NCBI GenBank assembly: GCA_964489845.1
Contig: CAZAZV010000002.1
Span: 770-64,769 of the forward strand
Reading direction: 5' to 3'
DNA: 64,000 nucleotides
Source of the DNA: an uncultured Candidatus Saccharibacteria bacterium
GTDB taxonomy: Bacteria; Patescibacteriota; Minisyncoccia; UBA6257; GWB1-50-10
Part shown: positions 20,904 to 31,258 of the stretch, piece by piece
How the letters are laid out: every line of letters begins with the position of its first letter
Numbering within the stretch: the stretch's first letter is position 1
Position numbers and translations under genes: made by a program
The notes under the pieces: generated by a model
Told to the model about the DNA's origin: nothing
The model's database searches: none
Seen by the model: the letters and a program-made list of their open reading frames with translations, nothing else

Positions 20904-21686
20904 TTACTTCGCGCTTTTCGCTTTGCGCTTCGCGCTGCCGCTCTTTGCGGTTTTCTTTCCGACTTCCGGTTCTATCTCCTGTTTCGTCTCCGAGGGGAAC
21001 GCTTCCGCGACTTTCGCGAAGTGGTCGCGCATGATGTTGCTTGCCTGGTGCAGCGCCCGCGACGGGCTGATGGAGCCGTCGGTCGTGATGGTGAGCCGCA
21101 GCTTGTTGTAGTTGGTGCGCTCGCCGACGCGCATATTCTCGACTTCCGTCTCGACGTTCACGACCGGAGAAAACATGCAGTCCAAGAGAATCGTCCCGAC
21201 CGGCAGCCGTTCCGCTTGCCGCTCTTCGGCCGAGAGGTATCCGAGTCCTTTCTCGACGACGAGCTCCATCGAGAGCTCTGTCTTGCCATCGGTGATTTCG
21301 GTGATGTACAAATCCTTGTTCACGACTTCGGCGAGCGGGTTCGATTCGATGTCTCCCGCCGTCACTTTCCCCTTCCCCTTCGCCTTGAGATACAGCGTCT
21401 GCGGTTCGTCGGCGTGGAAGATGAAACGCACCTGCTTGAGGTTCAGGATGATGTCCAGCACGCTGTCCATCACGCCCTCCATCGTGGAGAACTCGTGTTT
21501 CACGCCTTTGATTTTCGCCTGCGAAATCGCCGCGCCGGGAAGCGACGAGAGGAGCGTCCGCCGCAGGGCGCTGCCGATGGTAATACCGTAGCCCGGATAG
21601 AGACCTTCGATGGAAAACTCGCCCACTGTGTCGGTTTCCTTTCCTTTTTTGACGTTCACCGTATCGCTCAAGTATGAGTAGTCCAT
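20904..21686 (-). CDS. rpoA: RNA polymerase alpha subunit lacking the alpha-CTD
   Basis: GYGITIGSALRRTLLSSLPG, HEFST, FSPV; 260 aa ending in a basic tail. Confidence 0.96.
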   Translation of the reverse strand: MDYSYLSDTVNVKKGKETDTVGEFSIEGLYPGYGITIGSALRRTLLSSLPGAAISQAKIKGVKHEFSTMEGVMDSVLDIILNLKQVRFIFHADEPQTLYLKAKGKGKVTAGDIESNPLAEVVNKDLYITEITDGKTELSMELVVEKGLGYLSAEERQAERLPVGTILLDCMFSPVVNVETEVENMRVGERTNYNKLRLTITTDGSISPSRALHQASNIMRDHFAKVAEAFPSETKQEIEPEVGKKTAKSGSAKRKAKSAK

Positions 21687-21699
21687 ATGAAAATAAGTG

Positions 21700-22302
21700 T
21701 TAGTTGTTGGTTGCGACCAAACTCACGTCGAAAAGCTCGAGGGCGTCCGTCGTCGGTTCGCCCGTGCACGTTCCCGAGAGCTTCTGCGGGTCGACCGTGA
21801 GCCACGTCGGGAGCGACTGCTTCGTAAGCCGCTCCTGCAATCCATTGAAGAGCGCGCTCCCCCGCGACTCGGGACGGATACTCATGATGTCTCCCTTCCG
21901 CACCTCGTACGATGAGATAGTCACCTTGCGTCCATTTACCAGTATATGTCCGTGTGAAACGAGCTGTCGAGCGACCCGTATCGACGGCGCGAAACCAAGG
22001 TAGCGCGTGACGCTGTCGAGCCGCCGCTCGAGCGCCTTGATGATCGCCTCGGGATTGCCCTCGTGCGCTTCAAGCACGCGCTGCAGCGTGTGGTTGGTGA
22101 GCCCGTAGCTCCACTGCATCTTCTGCTTCTCCCGCAACTGGTGACTGTAGTCGGAGGGTCTCCGCTGCCGCTTCGCGCCGTGCATGCCCGGTCGGTACGG
22201 CCGGCGTACCATGACGCACTTCGGAGAATTGCAGCGCTCCGCTTTCAGGAAAAGCTTTTCGCCGAGCGCCCGTTCAACTTTTTCTTTCAAGTGTTTCCGC
22301 AT
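21700..22302 (-). CDS. rpsD: 30S ribosomal protein S4
   Basis: QLREKQK, LERRLD, ARQLVSHGHILVNG. Confidence 0.97.
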   Translation of the reverse strand: MRKHLKEKVERALGEKLFLKAERCNSPKCVMVRRPYRPGMHGAKRQRRPSDYSHQLREKQKMQWSYGLTNHTLQRVLEAHEGNPEAIIKALERRLDSVTRYLGFAPSIRVARQLVSHGHILVNGRKVTISSYEVRKGDIMSIRPESRGSALFNGLQERLTKQSLPTWLTVDPQKLSGTCTGEPTTDALELFDVSLVATNN

Positions 22303-22390
22303 GTGCCGAAGATGTCTAGGTTTACGAGTTGAGTGTAACGAAACGAAGTAAATTTAGCAACAGATTCGAGCATCCCGCCGCAGCGGGATT
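22303..22390 (-). promoter_or_regulatory. Hairpin+promoter cassette copy 2 (before rpsD)
   Basis: 69-bp identity to 19600-19668 plus shared TTCGGCAC-ATG junction. Confidence 0.8.
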
Positions 22391-22392
22391 CT

Positions 22393-22845
22393 TTAGATTC
22401 TCCTTGCTTTCTTCGGCCGCGGCCCGTTGTGCGGCAGTGGCGTGATATCCGAAATGGAGGTCACCTCGAAGCGCTGCGTCGCGAGTGCGCGGAGTGCTGC
22501 ATCGCGACCGCTTCCAATACCGCTCACGAACACCGCGATTTCGAAAGGACCCGTCCGCTCCAGTTTCTCGCTGATGGCTTCGATGACTTTCGACGCAGCG
22601 AAGGGCGTCGCCCGCTTCGGTCCCGAGTAACCGAGCGAGCCGGAGCTCATCCACGCGACGGTGTTCCCCGCCTCGTCCGTGACGGTCACGGACGTGTTGT
22701 TATAGGAAATCCGCAGGTACAGCCGCCCGCGCTCGATGCGCTTCTTCGCGCCTTTCCCGATTTGGGCGGCGCGTTTCTCTTCGACAACCTGCGCTTCTTT
22801 CGCCGCTGTCTCGGTCGTTTGTTTCGCTACTTTCTTCTTGCCCAT
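22393..22845 (-). CDS. rpsK: 30S ribosomal protein S11
   Basis: SYNNT, TPFAA, G.GSGRD, DITPLPHNGPRP. Confidence 0.97.
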   Translation of the reverse strand: MGKKKVAKQTTETAAKEAQVVEEKRAAQIGKGAKKRIERGRLYLRISYNNTSVTVTDEAGNTVAWMSSGSLGYSGPKRATPFAASKVIEAISEKLERTGPFEIAVFVSGIGSGRDAALRALATQRFEVTSISDITPLPHNGPRPKKARRI

Positions 22846-22932
22846 GCCAAATATCTCTTAATTTACAAGTTGAGTGTAACGAAACACAGTAAATTTGGCA
22901 AGATATTTGAGCACGCCGAGCTTGTCGAGGTG
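22846..22932 (-). promoter_or_regulatory. Diverged cassette copy 3 (before rpsK)
   Basis: TTGCCA-AATTTACTGTGTTTCGT-TACACT-CAACT with a different upstream hairpin. Confidence 0.72.
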
Positions 22933-22978
22933 ACGCTCCACCAAACCGCTCGTGTTGCACGCTCGCGGGGCGGGAGCG

Positions 22979-23362
22979 TCATTTCAACTCCACTTTACGC
23001 TTTCCGCTTCCCGCCGTGTGGCGAACGTTACCGCGCACCGTTCTCGTGTTGCGCCGCGTCCGCTGGCCCCGCACCGGCAGTCCTCTGCTGTGCCGCATGC
23101 CCCGGTACGCGTGAATCGTCTTCAACCGCTGGATGTTCTGCTTTATGAACTGACGCAGCTCTCCTTCGATGCGGTACTTGCCGTCGATGATGGATTGTAT
23201 CTTGTTGACTTCGTCGGGGGTCAGATCCTTCGCCCGTTTCTCGGCATCCACGCCGGCTTCGGCCAAAATATTCCTCGCTGCCGAGGTTCCGATTCCTTTG
23301 ATGTAGCGGAGTGACGCCCACACCTTCTTTTCGTCTGGGATGGTAATACCGACGATGCGCAT
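22979..23362 (-). CDS. rpsM: 30S ribosomal protein S13
   Basis: MRIVG, YRGMRH, LPVRGQRTRRN. Confidence 0.97.
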   Translation of the reverse strand: MRIVGITIPDEKKVWASLRYIKGIGTSAARNILAEAGVDAEKRAKDLTPDEVNKIQSIIDGKYRIEGELRQFIKQNIQRLKTIHAYRGMRHSRGLPVRGQRTRRNTRTVRGNVRHTAGSGKRKVELK

Positions 23363-23390
23363 ATGAAACTGGTTTTTAGTTGTTAGTTAA

Positions 23391-23609
23391 TTAGAGACGC
23401 CTGACTATCCTACCTCGTTCTGATTTCTCGTCAGGCATTTCGACGATAACGGCGTCCCCGGGAACGACTCTGATGCGGTACAGCCGCATCTTCCCCGCCA
23501 GGTGAGCCAGTATGGTTTTCCCTGATTCGAGCGTCACGCGATACTGCATGGCGGGAAGTGCTTCTTCCACCTTCCCCGTCACCGTAATCACATGTTTTGA
23601 AGTGGGCAT
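23391..23609 (-). CDS. infA: Translation initiation factor IF-1
   Basis: G.VEEALP, AHLAGKMR, PGD.V.VE, GRIV. Confidence 0.96.
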   Translation of the reverse strand: MPTSKHVITVTGKVEEALPAMQYRVTLESGKTILAHLAGKMRLYRIRVVPGDAVIVEMPDEKSERGRIVRRL

Positions 23610-23769
23610 AAAACGCAGAGGTTATACTAACAGGCGATTGAATGAGCGTCAACCCCGATGGTGCCAGGACGCGCTCGCGCATCCCCCACAAAATACTGTC
23701 GTGTCCAACGTATAAGAGACGGTATGTGCAACATTCATAGTTGGTCTGTGTAGATTGGCACTATCGGGG

Positions 23770-25347
23770 TTAGCTGCCGATTTGGACGACGATTTTCTTG
23801 GCGTCATTCGGTATGTCTTTGAAAAAGCTTGGCCACAAATTCACCTGCGCGCTCTTCAGGCCGGGAACCGAAAGGAGCGTAGTTTTCACCGACGCCTCGC
23901 TCTGCCCCATGAGCTGCCGCTCGACGCTCGCCACATCGAGCTTGGGGAGGGCGGTGAAGCTCCCCGTCACGGTAAACCGCAGGGTGCCGTTCTCGAGCGT
24001 GGAGGTGCTGAAAGAAAATTTCGGGTCGCTCATCGTCACGTCGTAATCGACGGGCGATTTCACCGCGGCGAGCACCGCGGTTTCGAGGTCGGATTCCTTG
24101 AACGCGATTTCTGTAAGCGTCCCCTCCGCGAAGACGCTGAACGTGTCATCTTTGCTCACGGTTTGGTCGACGTTGAACTGCGTGAGCGTGAAGGTCTGCG
24201 CGCCATCCGGAGACACGAGTCCCCCGCCGCTCGTCACTTGCATTTCCTGCGCCACGGCATCGCGCAAAATCGTTGTCACCTGTCCTTTCGCTGCAGTGAT
24301 GTCCGCATCCGTCGCGACGACATGCGCGCCGCTCGTGCCACCCGTGAGCGCGCCCGCCGGAACGCCGTAAATTTTCTGGTACTGGTCCGTGAGACCGTAA
24401 TCCTTGAAGCCGGGTATGGTCCACCGCTCGCCGCTCGACGGCGTGTAGTTGTACGACTCACCCGGTTGGTCAGCAACGATGGTCGCTTCCACCTTCCCCG
24501 GCACGCCGCTTGCCTCGGCCGGAACCGTGACGCGCGACGGTATCCGATACGTCAGTCCTTTCGGCGAAACAAACCGCGTGCTGGCGATAAGCGTCTGCGC
24601 GGAACTCCGCTCGTTGTAGATGTAGATGCTGCCGCTTGCCTTGCCCGAATCCGTCGAGCTCCCCGTCGCCGGGAACGTTTCCGTCACGTTCTTCGTGCTC
24701 GTGAAACGCTCGCCGGGAAGGATGATGTTCGTGCCGTCCACCGAATACACCGACACGTCGGTTCGGACGGTTACTGGGTTGCTGAATGTCACGGGGGTTT
24801 TCACCAAATGCAACACGATGGTCGCCCGCGGAAAATAGGTACTCCCCACCGCCCCGACGCCGCCCGCGAGGAGCAGCACGCCGAGCGCGATGGCGACCCA
24901 GCGCACGTTGAATTTCGTGGCGGGAAGCTTGCTCCGCTCGTGGCGCTCTTTCTTCTCGGGCCTCCTCGGGAGCGACACCGGCGTCGTCAGGAGCGGCCGC
25001 TCGGCACGAGCTCCGTCCCGCGCCGTACGCGGCTCCGATTTCGGAATCCGCTTGATGATGTCGACAACCATCCGTTCGTTCCTGCCGAAAATGGAATTCC
25101 GCGCCCCGAGCTTCGCCGCATAGGCAAGTTCCTCAAGATGTCGGTCGGTCGAGGTGACAACGACGTACACGCCCTGTGCATCCGCTTCGCGCTTTACGGC
25201 GTGGAAATTGTCGAGCGACTCGGCGAGCACCGAATCGCCTGGAATGTGCAAAACAAGACGCGCTCCCTTCCCCGCTTTGCCAAGGAGCGCGATGACTCGC
25301 TCAAGCCCGTCTTGCGGCTTCAGAAATATCTTTTTCCCCTCAGACAT
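23770..25347 (-). CDS. Single-pass membrane protein with a baseplate-J-like extracellular region
   Basis: Cytoplasmic N terminus, one TM, then ASG.I.IYN..STRF..ADQPGESYN..TGG pattern; family recalled, not searched. Confidence 0.55.
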   Translation of the reverse strand: MSEGKKIFLKPQDGLERVIALLGKAGKGARLVLHIPGDSVLAESLDNFHAVKREADAQGVYVVVTSTDRHLEELAYAAKLGARNSIFGRNERMVVDIIKRIPKSEPRTARDGARAERPLLTTPVSLPRRPEKKERHERSKLPATKFNVRWVAIALGVLLLAGGVGAVGSTYFPRATIVLHLVKTPVTFSNPVTVRTDVSVYSVDGTNIILPGERFTSTKNVTETFPATGSSTDSGKASGSIYIYNERSSAQTLIASTRFVSPKGLTYRIPSRVTVPAEASGVPGKVEATIVADQPGESYNYTPSSGERWTIPGFKDYGLTDQYQKIYGVPAGALTGGTSGAHVVATDADITAAKGQVTTILRDAVAQEMQVTSGGGLVSPDGAQTFTLTQFNVDQTVSKDDTFSVFAEGTLTEIAFKESDLETAVLAAVKSPVDYDVTMSDPKFSFSTSTLENGTLRFTVTGSFTALPKLDVASVERQLMGQSEASVKTTLLSVPGLKSAQVNLWPSFFKDIPNDAKKIVVQIGS

Positions 25348-25356
25348 AATACGAAA

Positions 25357-27075
25357 TTAGTATACCACACCGCGGATGCGGCGGACGCCGCGCGCGGCAG
25401 ACTCTTCCTTCGTGATTTTAAACGTCCCGATTTCCCCCGTACGCGTCACGTGCGGTCCTCCGCAGAACTCCTTGCTGTAGGCATCCGCAAGTGAGTTTCC
25501 TATGTAGTAGACGGAGACAACGTCGGGATACACGTCCCGCGTCGAGTGGAGCGCTCCTGTCTTTTCCGCCTCCGTCTTCGGCAACTCGATTTTTTGCACC
25601 GGTAAATCCTCGCGTATTTTCCCGTTCACCAATTCCTCCACGCGCGTTTTTTCTTCGTTCGTCAATTTCCGCTCGAAGCCGAAATCGAAGCGCGTCCGCT
25701 CCGGCGTGATGTCGGAACCCTCTTGCGGAATCTCCGCATGGAGCACGTCGCGGAGTGCCTGGTGGAGCAGGTGCGTCACGGTGTGCAAGCGAACGACTCG
25801 TTCCTCTTCCTCGCTCGTCCCCGCTTTCAATTCCCCGGTGTCAAGCGTGAGGCCGTGCCCGCCGAACTTCTTCCCCGCCCCCGCGCGGGAAATTTCCTGG
25901 TGCTTCTCGAATTCCTTGTCGAAATCCTCCCGATGCAGAGCACTCACTTTCGTGCCGCTGACGTCTTTCACGACCTCGTACGGAAGTCCGAAGGTTTGGT
26001 AGAGATAAAACGCGCGCGGCGCGTCGACGACAGCGAATTTTTCCAACTCTTTCAGCCCGCGCTCGAGCGCGGCCGAAAATTCCTCGCGCTCTTTCTCGAA
26101 AACATCGAGCACGAGTTTTTCGTCGAGTTCGCGATACGCCTCGCGGTATGACGCCACGACGGCGCGAAGCAACCGAGGCACATCGAGCCCTCTCCGCTCC
26201 CAAACAATGAGGCGGCGCAGGAGGCGGCGCAGAACGTATCCCGCTTCCTTATTCGACGGCAAGACACCGTCGGATATGAGGAACACAATCCCCCGTCCGT
26301 GGTCCGCGACAATGCGCTGCTCTTTCTCGGACAAGGAATCGGGGAGAAGCGCGATGAGCGGCTTGAAAAGGTCCGTTTCGAAAATCGTGGGGGTACTCTG
26401 CGAAACCATCGTGAGCCGCTCGAGTCCCATGCCGGTATCGACGCCGGATATCGCGAGCGGAGCGAGCCGCTTCTCCACATCGGCATAGAATTCGTTGAAC
26501 ACAATGTTCCACACCTCGAGTCCCCGCACGTACACCTCCGTCGTCGGCCCGCACGGCCCCTCGTTTCCCGTCGGTCCCCAGAATACGTCCGTGCCGTCGC
26601 CGCGGATATCCCGAACCCCGAGTGATTCCCAGATGACACGTGATTCGTCGTCACGAGGAACGTCCTTGCGCCAGTCGCCGTCCGGTACCTTGTCGGGGTC
26701 GAAAATTGTTACATAGTCAATGCTCAGTTTCATCACGTTTGTGATGAAATCGTATGCATATTCAATCGCTTCCTTTTTGAAATATCCGCCGAAGGAAAAG
26801 TTTCCGAGCATCTCAAAGAAGGTGAGGTGACTCTCGTCGCCCACCTCATCAATATCCGATGTGCGGAAACACTTCTGCACCGATGCGACGTTCCTGCTCC
26901 CGAAACGTTTTTTCGCACCGAGTTCTCCCGTGTAGTACCGCTTAAACTGCTGCATCCCCGCAGTAGTGAGGAGCACCGACGCATCGTTGGGTATGAGTGA
27001 CGAAGACGGAACTACGACGTGTCCCTTCTGCTCAAAATACTCGAGAAACTTTTTCCTAATCTCCGCGGACGTCAT
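25357..27075 (-). CDS. alaS: Alanine--tRNA ligase (short form, no C-Ala domain)
   Basis: TAGMQQFK, HLTFFEMLGNFS, DTGMGLER, editing HTVTH..CGGPH; start at MTSAEIR. Confidence 0.96.
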   Translation of the reverse strand: MTSAEIRKKFLEYFEQKGHVVVPSSSLIPNDASVLLTTAGMQQFKRYYTGELGAKKRFGSRNVASVQKCFRTSDIDEVGDESHLTFFEMLGNFSFGGYFKKEAIEYAYDFITNVMKLSIDYVTIFDPDKVPDGDWRKDVPRDDESRVIWESLGVRDIRGDGTDVFWGPTGNEGPCGPTTEVYVRGLEVWNIVFNEFYADVEKRLAPLAISGVDTGMGLERLTMVSQSTPTIFETDLFKPLIALLPDSLSEKEQRIVADHGRGIVFLISDGVLPSNKEAGYVLRRLLRRLIVWERRGLDVPRLLRAVVASYREAYRELDEKLVLDVFEKEREEFSAALERGLKELEKFAVVDAPRAFYLYQTFGLPYEVVKDVSGTKVSALHREDFDKEFEKHQEISRAGAGKKFGGHGLTLDTGELKAGTSEEEERVVRLHTVTHLLHQALRDVLHAEIPQEGSDITPERTRFDFGFERKLTNEEKTRVEELVNGKIREDLPVQKIELPKTEAEKTGALHSTRDVYPDVVSVYYIGNSLADAYSKEFCGGPHVTRTGEIGTFKITKEESAARGVRRIRGVVY

Positions 27076-28250
27076 CAATATCCCTCCAGGTGCTTCACCT
27101 TCCGGTGCTTCCGAATCTGCTCGATCGCCTTCGCCTCGATCTGCCGTATCCGCTCGCGCGTCACGCCGAAGTCCTTGCCGACTTCTTCCAGGGTGTGCGT
27201 GATGTTGTCCTCGAGCCCGAAGCGCATGGAAAGAATTTTCTGTTCCCGCTCGGTGAGGTCGACGAGAATGTCCCTGATTTGCTCCTTCAAAAGGGCGTAG
27301 TTCGCCTGCTCGTCCGGCGGAATGCTCTGCTCGTCGGGCAAGAGGTCCGAGAGCGTGGAGTCCTCCTCGCTGTCGCCGATGGGCATTTCGAGCGACAACA
27401 CTTCCTGCGAAATTTTCTGGATATACCGCACCTTTTCCACCGGCACGCCCATCTCGACGGCGATTTCCTCGGGGAGCGGCTCGCGCCCCAACTCCTGCAT
27501 CAGCTGCCGCCGCTCCTGCGTATACTTTGTAATCGTCTCCACCATGTGCACGGGGATGCGGATCGTGCGCGAGTAGTCGGCCAAAGCGCGCGTCACCGCC
27601 TGGCGTATCCACCACGTCGCATAGGTCGAGAACTTGAATCCTTTGGTGTAGTCGAATTTCTCGACCGCCCGCGTGAGTCCGATGTTCCCTTCCTGGATAA
27701 GGTCGAGGATGCTCATGTACGGGCTCCGGTTCACGTACCGCTTCGCGATGGACACGACGAGACGCAGGTTCGCCTGCACGAGTTTCTTGCGGGCTTCTTC
27801 GTCGCCCTGCTCGATGCGCTTCGCGAGTTCCTTTTCCTCGCGCGACGTGAGGAGCGGCGTTTCCCCGATCTCTTTCAGGTACATCTGCACGACATCCGGC
27901 ATCCCCTCGCTCGCACGGGTCGCGGCTTTCAATTCCTGCTTGCTTACTTCTTCGCTGTCCGCGGTAACCAGCGGCAGCGCCTCGAGCACTTTCACGCCTT
28001 CCGCTTCCAGTTTCTCGTACACGCTCTCGATAAGGGGGATGTTGCGCTCAATGTACGGGAAGTAGCGGAGTATTTCCACGTCCGTCACGAAACCGCGCTG
28101 CTTCCCCCGTGCGACGAGTGTCGCAAGATTCTCGTCGCGGTCTTCCCCTTCCGGAACGGCAATGTGCTGCTGCGTCTCGTGGCGCTTGAGCCCCGATTCG
28201 CTCTGTGCGGAAAATCCGCACACGCTGCAGATAAATGTTTTCTTAGCCAT
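27075..28250 (-). CDS. rpoD: Primary sigma factor with N-terminal C2H2 zinc finger
   Basis: [46 protein letters not shown]. Confidence 0.96.
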   Translation of the reverse strand: MAKKTFICSVCGFSAQSESGLKRHETQQHIAVPEGEDRDENLATLVARGKQRGFVTDVEILRYFPYIERNIPLIESVYEKLEAEGVKVLEALPLVTADSEEVSKQELKAATRASEGMPDVVQMYLKEIGETPLLTSREEKELAKRIEQGDEEARKKLVQANLRLVVSIAKRYVNRSPYMSILDLIQEGNIGLTRAVEKFDYTKGFKFSTYATWWIRQAVTRALADYSRTIRIPVHMVETITKYTQERRQLMQELGREPLPEEIAVEMGVPVEKVRYIQKISQEVLSLEMPIGDSEEDSTLSDLLPDEQSIPPDEQANYALLKEQIRDILVDLTEREQKILSMRFGLEDNITHTLEEVGKDFGVTRERIRQIEAKAIEQIRKHRKVKHLEGY

Positions 28251-31098
28251 TGGTGCGCAACGTATCCAGTTCCCCCGAGAGTTCCGAAAATTGCTTCAGC
28301 AGCCGCTCGCGCTCGGCTTCTCCGATGACGGAAGCGATACGCGATTTGATTTCTTTCTGCTTCACTTTGAGCATCTCGATCCGCAGCTGCCGCATAAGTT
28401 CTTTGAGTTCGTCTGCCAGTTCCTCATGCGGAACATTGTTGAACAAATAACTCGCCTCGAGTTCCAGGAGTCCCCCCTCGGCCGTTCTGCGCAGGAGTAT
28501 GTCCTGGTAATGCTCCGGCAAAAGGTCCTGCTCCGATTCCACTTCAGCATAAAACGAGTCATCGGAGAACGCAACGGTGAGGAGCCGCCGCGCGATGCGG
28601 TCTATGCGTTTCACTTCGGCTTCCTGCGGCGTCTCCGCTTCGACCGGCGCCGGTCCGCCGGCTTTTACGGTCGCGAACGCCTCGCGGAGCATCTGCTCCG
28701 AAATGCCCGCTGCGCGGGAGAGTTCCTTGAGCCACATATCCTGCTCCACGGCGCTCTCAAGGCGCGAGATGAGCCGCAGCATCGTCCCCACCATCCGCTT
28801 CCGCGCCGCGGGGTCGAGCGTGCCGCCGAAACGGACGGCGAAGAGCCGCTTGAACGCGGGTTCGGCTTGCGCGACACGTTTTGCGAACCCCTCCGCGTCT
28901 CTTTCCACAAACTCCGCCGGGTCTTTAAAGGTGCCGAGATCAACCGCCTTGACATAAAAATCGAACGTCCCGAGGAGCTCGAGGGAACGCTCGAGCGCCT
29001 CGATGCCCGCCTCGTCGCTGTCGAAACTCACGACCGCCGTGTCGGTGAGCCGCCGCAACGCGGTGAGATGCGCCGGCGTCAAACTCGTCCCGCACACCGC
29101 GACGGCATTCGTCACGCCCGCCTGGTGCGCCATGAGGGCATCCATATATCCCTCCATGACGAAAACGCTTTTCTGCTGCGCGATGTCCCGCTTCGCCTGC
29201 GAGAACCCGTAGAGGAGTTTCGATTTTTGGAAAATCGGCGTCTCGGGAGAATTCACGTACTTGGGGTTATTGTCGTCGTCCGCGAGCACGCGCCCCGCGA
29301 AACCGACGACCCTGCCGATATTGTTCCAGAGCGGGAACATCACGCGGTTCGCGAAAAAATCTTTGTAGAGTCCTCCTCGCTTCACGGCAAAGCCCGCTTG
29401 GACGAGTGTCTCGATGGAATGTCCTTTGTGGAGGAGGTACACGGTGAGCGCGTCACCACCGGGCGCATAGCCGAGCTCAAAGCGTTTCGCTGTCTCGCCG
29501 GTGAGGCCGCGTCCCTTCAGGTACGCGATCGTTTCCGCGTTCTCTTTTAGCTTGCTCCTGAAGAAGTCCCGCGCGAGCTCGTTCACTTCGTACAATTCGG
29601 CGAAGCGGTGCTCCATGCCGCCCCGGCCGCGCGAAAGTTCGATACCCGCCCGCTCGGCGAGAAGCTGGAGCGCCTCGGGAAACTCAATGCCCTCGTAGAG
29701 CATCACGAACTTGATGACGTCTCCCCCCTGTCCGCAATTCGCCACCGCAAAATGATTTGCTACGTATGAATGGTCTTCGTCGACAGTTAAGTTATAGACA
29801 GGACCGGTATACGGTTCTTTCCACACTTCCTTTACGGGAAGGAGCCAATAACGCCTTCCTTCGACCTCCTCGTATATGAAGCTATGCTGGGACTTCGCCT
29901 CCTCCGACCAGAGGATTCTGTAGACCTCGCGATGATTCACGCCTCGCGCATCGTGCCTTGTCCCCCGAACTCCGAAAGAAGGAAAGAGGTTGTTTCTTAA
30001 GAGTATGTCAATAACCTGCTCAGCAAGAATTCTCGAAATACTCGTGATGCTTTTATGCGTTTTTGTGGAACGACTGAATATACCGGTATGCCCATCGCCT
30101 CTGAAAATGGCATCGACCAGCACCTTCTGCTTTTCTGGAGGTAAAACTTGGAACACAAAGGGTATGTGTTTATACTCTGCTCCCTTGCCGCAAAGATTCT
30201 CAAAAATATTGGCGAGCTGTGCATGGCACGCGGTAATTTCGAGACCTGTTTTCTTTGTCTTGTTCGGATTTCTTTCATAAATCTTCGCTTCAAGTCCGAA
30301 AACGTTTTTCACGAGACGGACGATATCGTCGGCAAATTCCCGCTCATGATTCCCCAAACTGAATCGGATATACGCCCGATGACTGCTTCCCTCAGCTATC
30401 CAATAACCGAGAAGTCTCAGAAAGTCGTCATCAAGGGCAATGTTGAGTGAAATATCCCGCGAATGAGGACCAAACGTATATCCCTTGGTCAAATAGTCAT
30501 TGAGGTCGATGCGGGTCAGTTCGGCAACCGAGTTCTCAATCGGATAAAACACAAAATCGGCCGGTGCAATGCTGCCCGCATTGATTTCGATGATACTTCC
30601 GTGTTGCCGCGCCGCCTCGGAGAGCGTACGGGCCGTGCCCCGCGATACCGCATCGCGGCACAGACGATAAAACTGTTTGGTTTTCTTGCGGTAAGAAGTT
30701 GCGGGTCGCAGAACCTTCAGCTTATGGTCAGCGGTCATGGATACTGTCTCATTAAGTTTTCTCGTTCTCACATGAACTAAATCGCCCACATAATTTCTCA
30801 CATGAGTCGCGAGTACTCTCCGAACCTTCCCCGAACCGGAGTAGACGTAATGATTCTCGTCAATGTCTTCTATGTTATGGAGACCAAAGGGAGTTTTTAC
30901 CTTCTGACCCGGCGGGAAACACCCGAAGCAGTGCCACATCCGTCGCTCGGGAGACACCATGAAGGACGGAGTTTTCTCCTGATGGAAGGGGCAGAGCGCT
31001 TTGTAGTTCTTGCCCGCCGGCCTCAGGTCGATGTATCCCTTTAACACATCGAGAATGTCGGTGCGCTCTTTCACGCGCTCCACGTCAGTTGTTGCCAT
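28243..31098 (-). CDS. dnaG: DNA primase containing an intein
   Basis: CPFH.EKTPSF..CFG|C zinc-binding domain, [26 protein letters not shown]. Confidence 0.96.
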   Translation of the reverse strand: MATTDVERVKERTDILDVLKGYIDLRPAGKNYKALCPFHQEKTPSFMVSPERRMWHCFGCFPPGQKVKTPFGLHNIEDIDENHYVYSGSGKVRRVLATHVRNYVGDLVHVRTRKLNETVSMTADHKLKVLRPATSYRKKTKQFYRLCRDAVSRGTARTLSEAARQHGSIIEINAGSIAPADFVFYPIENSVAELTRIDLNDYLTKGYTFGPHSRDISLNIALDDDFLRLLGYWIAEGSSHRAYIRFSLGNHEREFADDIVRLVKNVFGLEAKIYERNPNKTKKTGLEITACHAQLANIFENLCGKGAEYKHIPFVFQVLPPEKQKVLVDAIFRGDGHTGIFSRSTKTHKSITSISRILAEQVIDILLRNNLFPSFGVRGTRHDARGVNHREVYRILWSEEAKSQHSFIYEEVEGRRYWLLPVKEVWKEPYTGPVYNLTVDEDHSYVANHFAVANCGQGGDVIKFVMLYEGIEFPEALQLLAERAGIELSRGRGGMEHRFAELYEVNELARDFFRSKLKENAETIAYLKGRGLTGETAKRFELGYAPGGDALTVYLLHKGHSIETLVQAGFAVKRGGLYKDFFANRVMFPLWNNIGRVVGFAGRVLADDDNNPKYVNSPETPIFQKSKLLYGFSQAKRDIAQQKSVFVMEGYMDALMAHQAGVTNAVAVCGTSLTPAHLTALRRLTDTAVVSFDSDEAGIEALERSLELLGTFDFYVKAVDLGTFKDPAEFVERDAEGFAKRVAQAEPAFKRLFAVRFGGTLDPAARKRMVGTMLRLISRLESAVEQDMWLKELSRAAGISEQMLREAFATVKAGGPAPVEAETPQEAEVKRIDRIARRLLTVAFSDDSFYAEVESEQDLLPEHYQDILLRRTAEGGLLELEASYLFNNVPHEELADELKELMRQLRIEMLKVKQKEIKSRIASVIGEAERERLLKQFSELSGELDTLRTNG
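29737..30921 (-). mobile_element. Intein (395 aa) with LAGLIDADG homing endonuclease
   Basis: Starts CFPPGQKV, block [14 protein letters not shown] and AIFRGDG motifs, ends VYNLTV..HSY..VAN/C; removal restores CFGC. Confidence 0.94.
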
Positions 31099-31160
31099 AC
31101 TGATATTATAGGCAGCCCCATGCCCAAACTCAAAATTATCGGTATCGGATACCCATAAAG

Positions 31161-31202
31161 TTATCCACAGGCATTGACAAAAATCTGATTATTCGATATA
31201 AT
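31161..31202 (+). promoter_or_regulatory. DnaA box abutting a consensus sigma70 promoter
   Basis: TTATCCACA at 31161-31169; TTGACA-N17-TATAAT at 31174-31202. Confidence 0.8.
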
Positions 31203-31258
31203 ACGAGCAGTAAACCCGACGTTGTCGGGCTTCACAATCAAATACAAGTGCAAGGAGG

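Noticed and set aside
23770-25347. Prophage baseplate gene
   Set aside because: Has a TM segment, sits in housekeeping context, and has no other phage genes nearby
27076-27615. N-terminal extension of alaS in the ORF track (similarly metG, aspS, ECF sigma, mnmA, rplF, rplE, rpsN, rpsR, rpsG)
   Set aside because: The extensions overlap upstream genes or RNAs; conserved starts lie downstream
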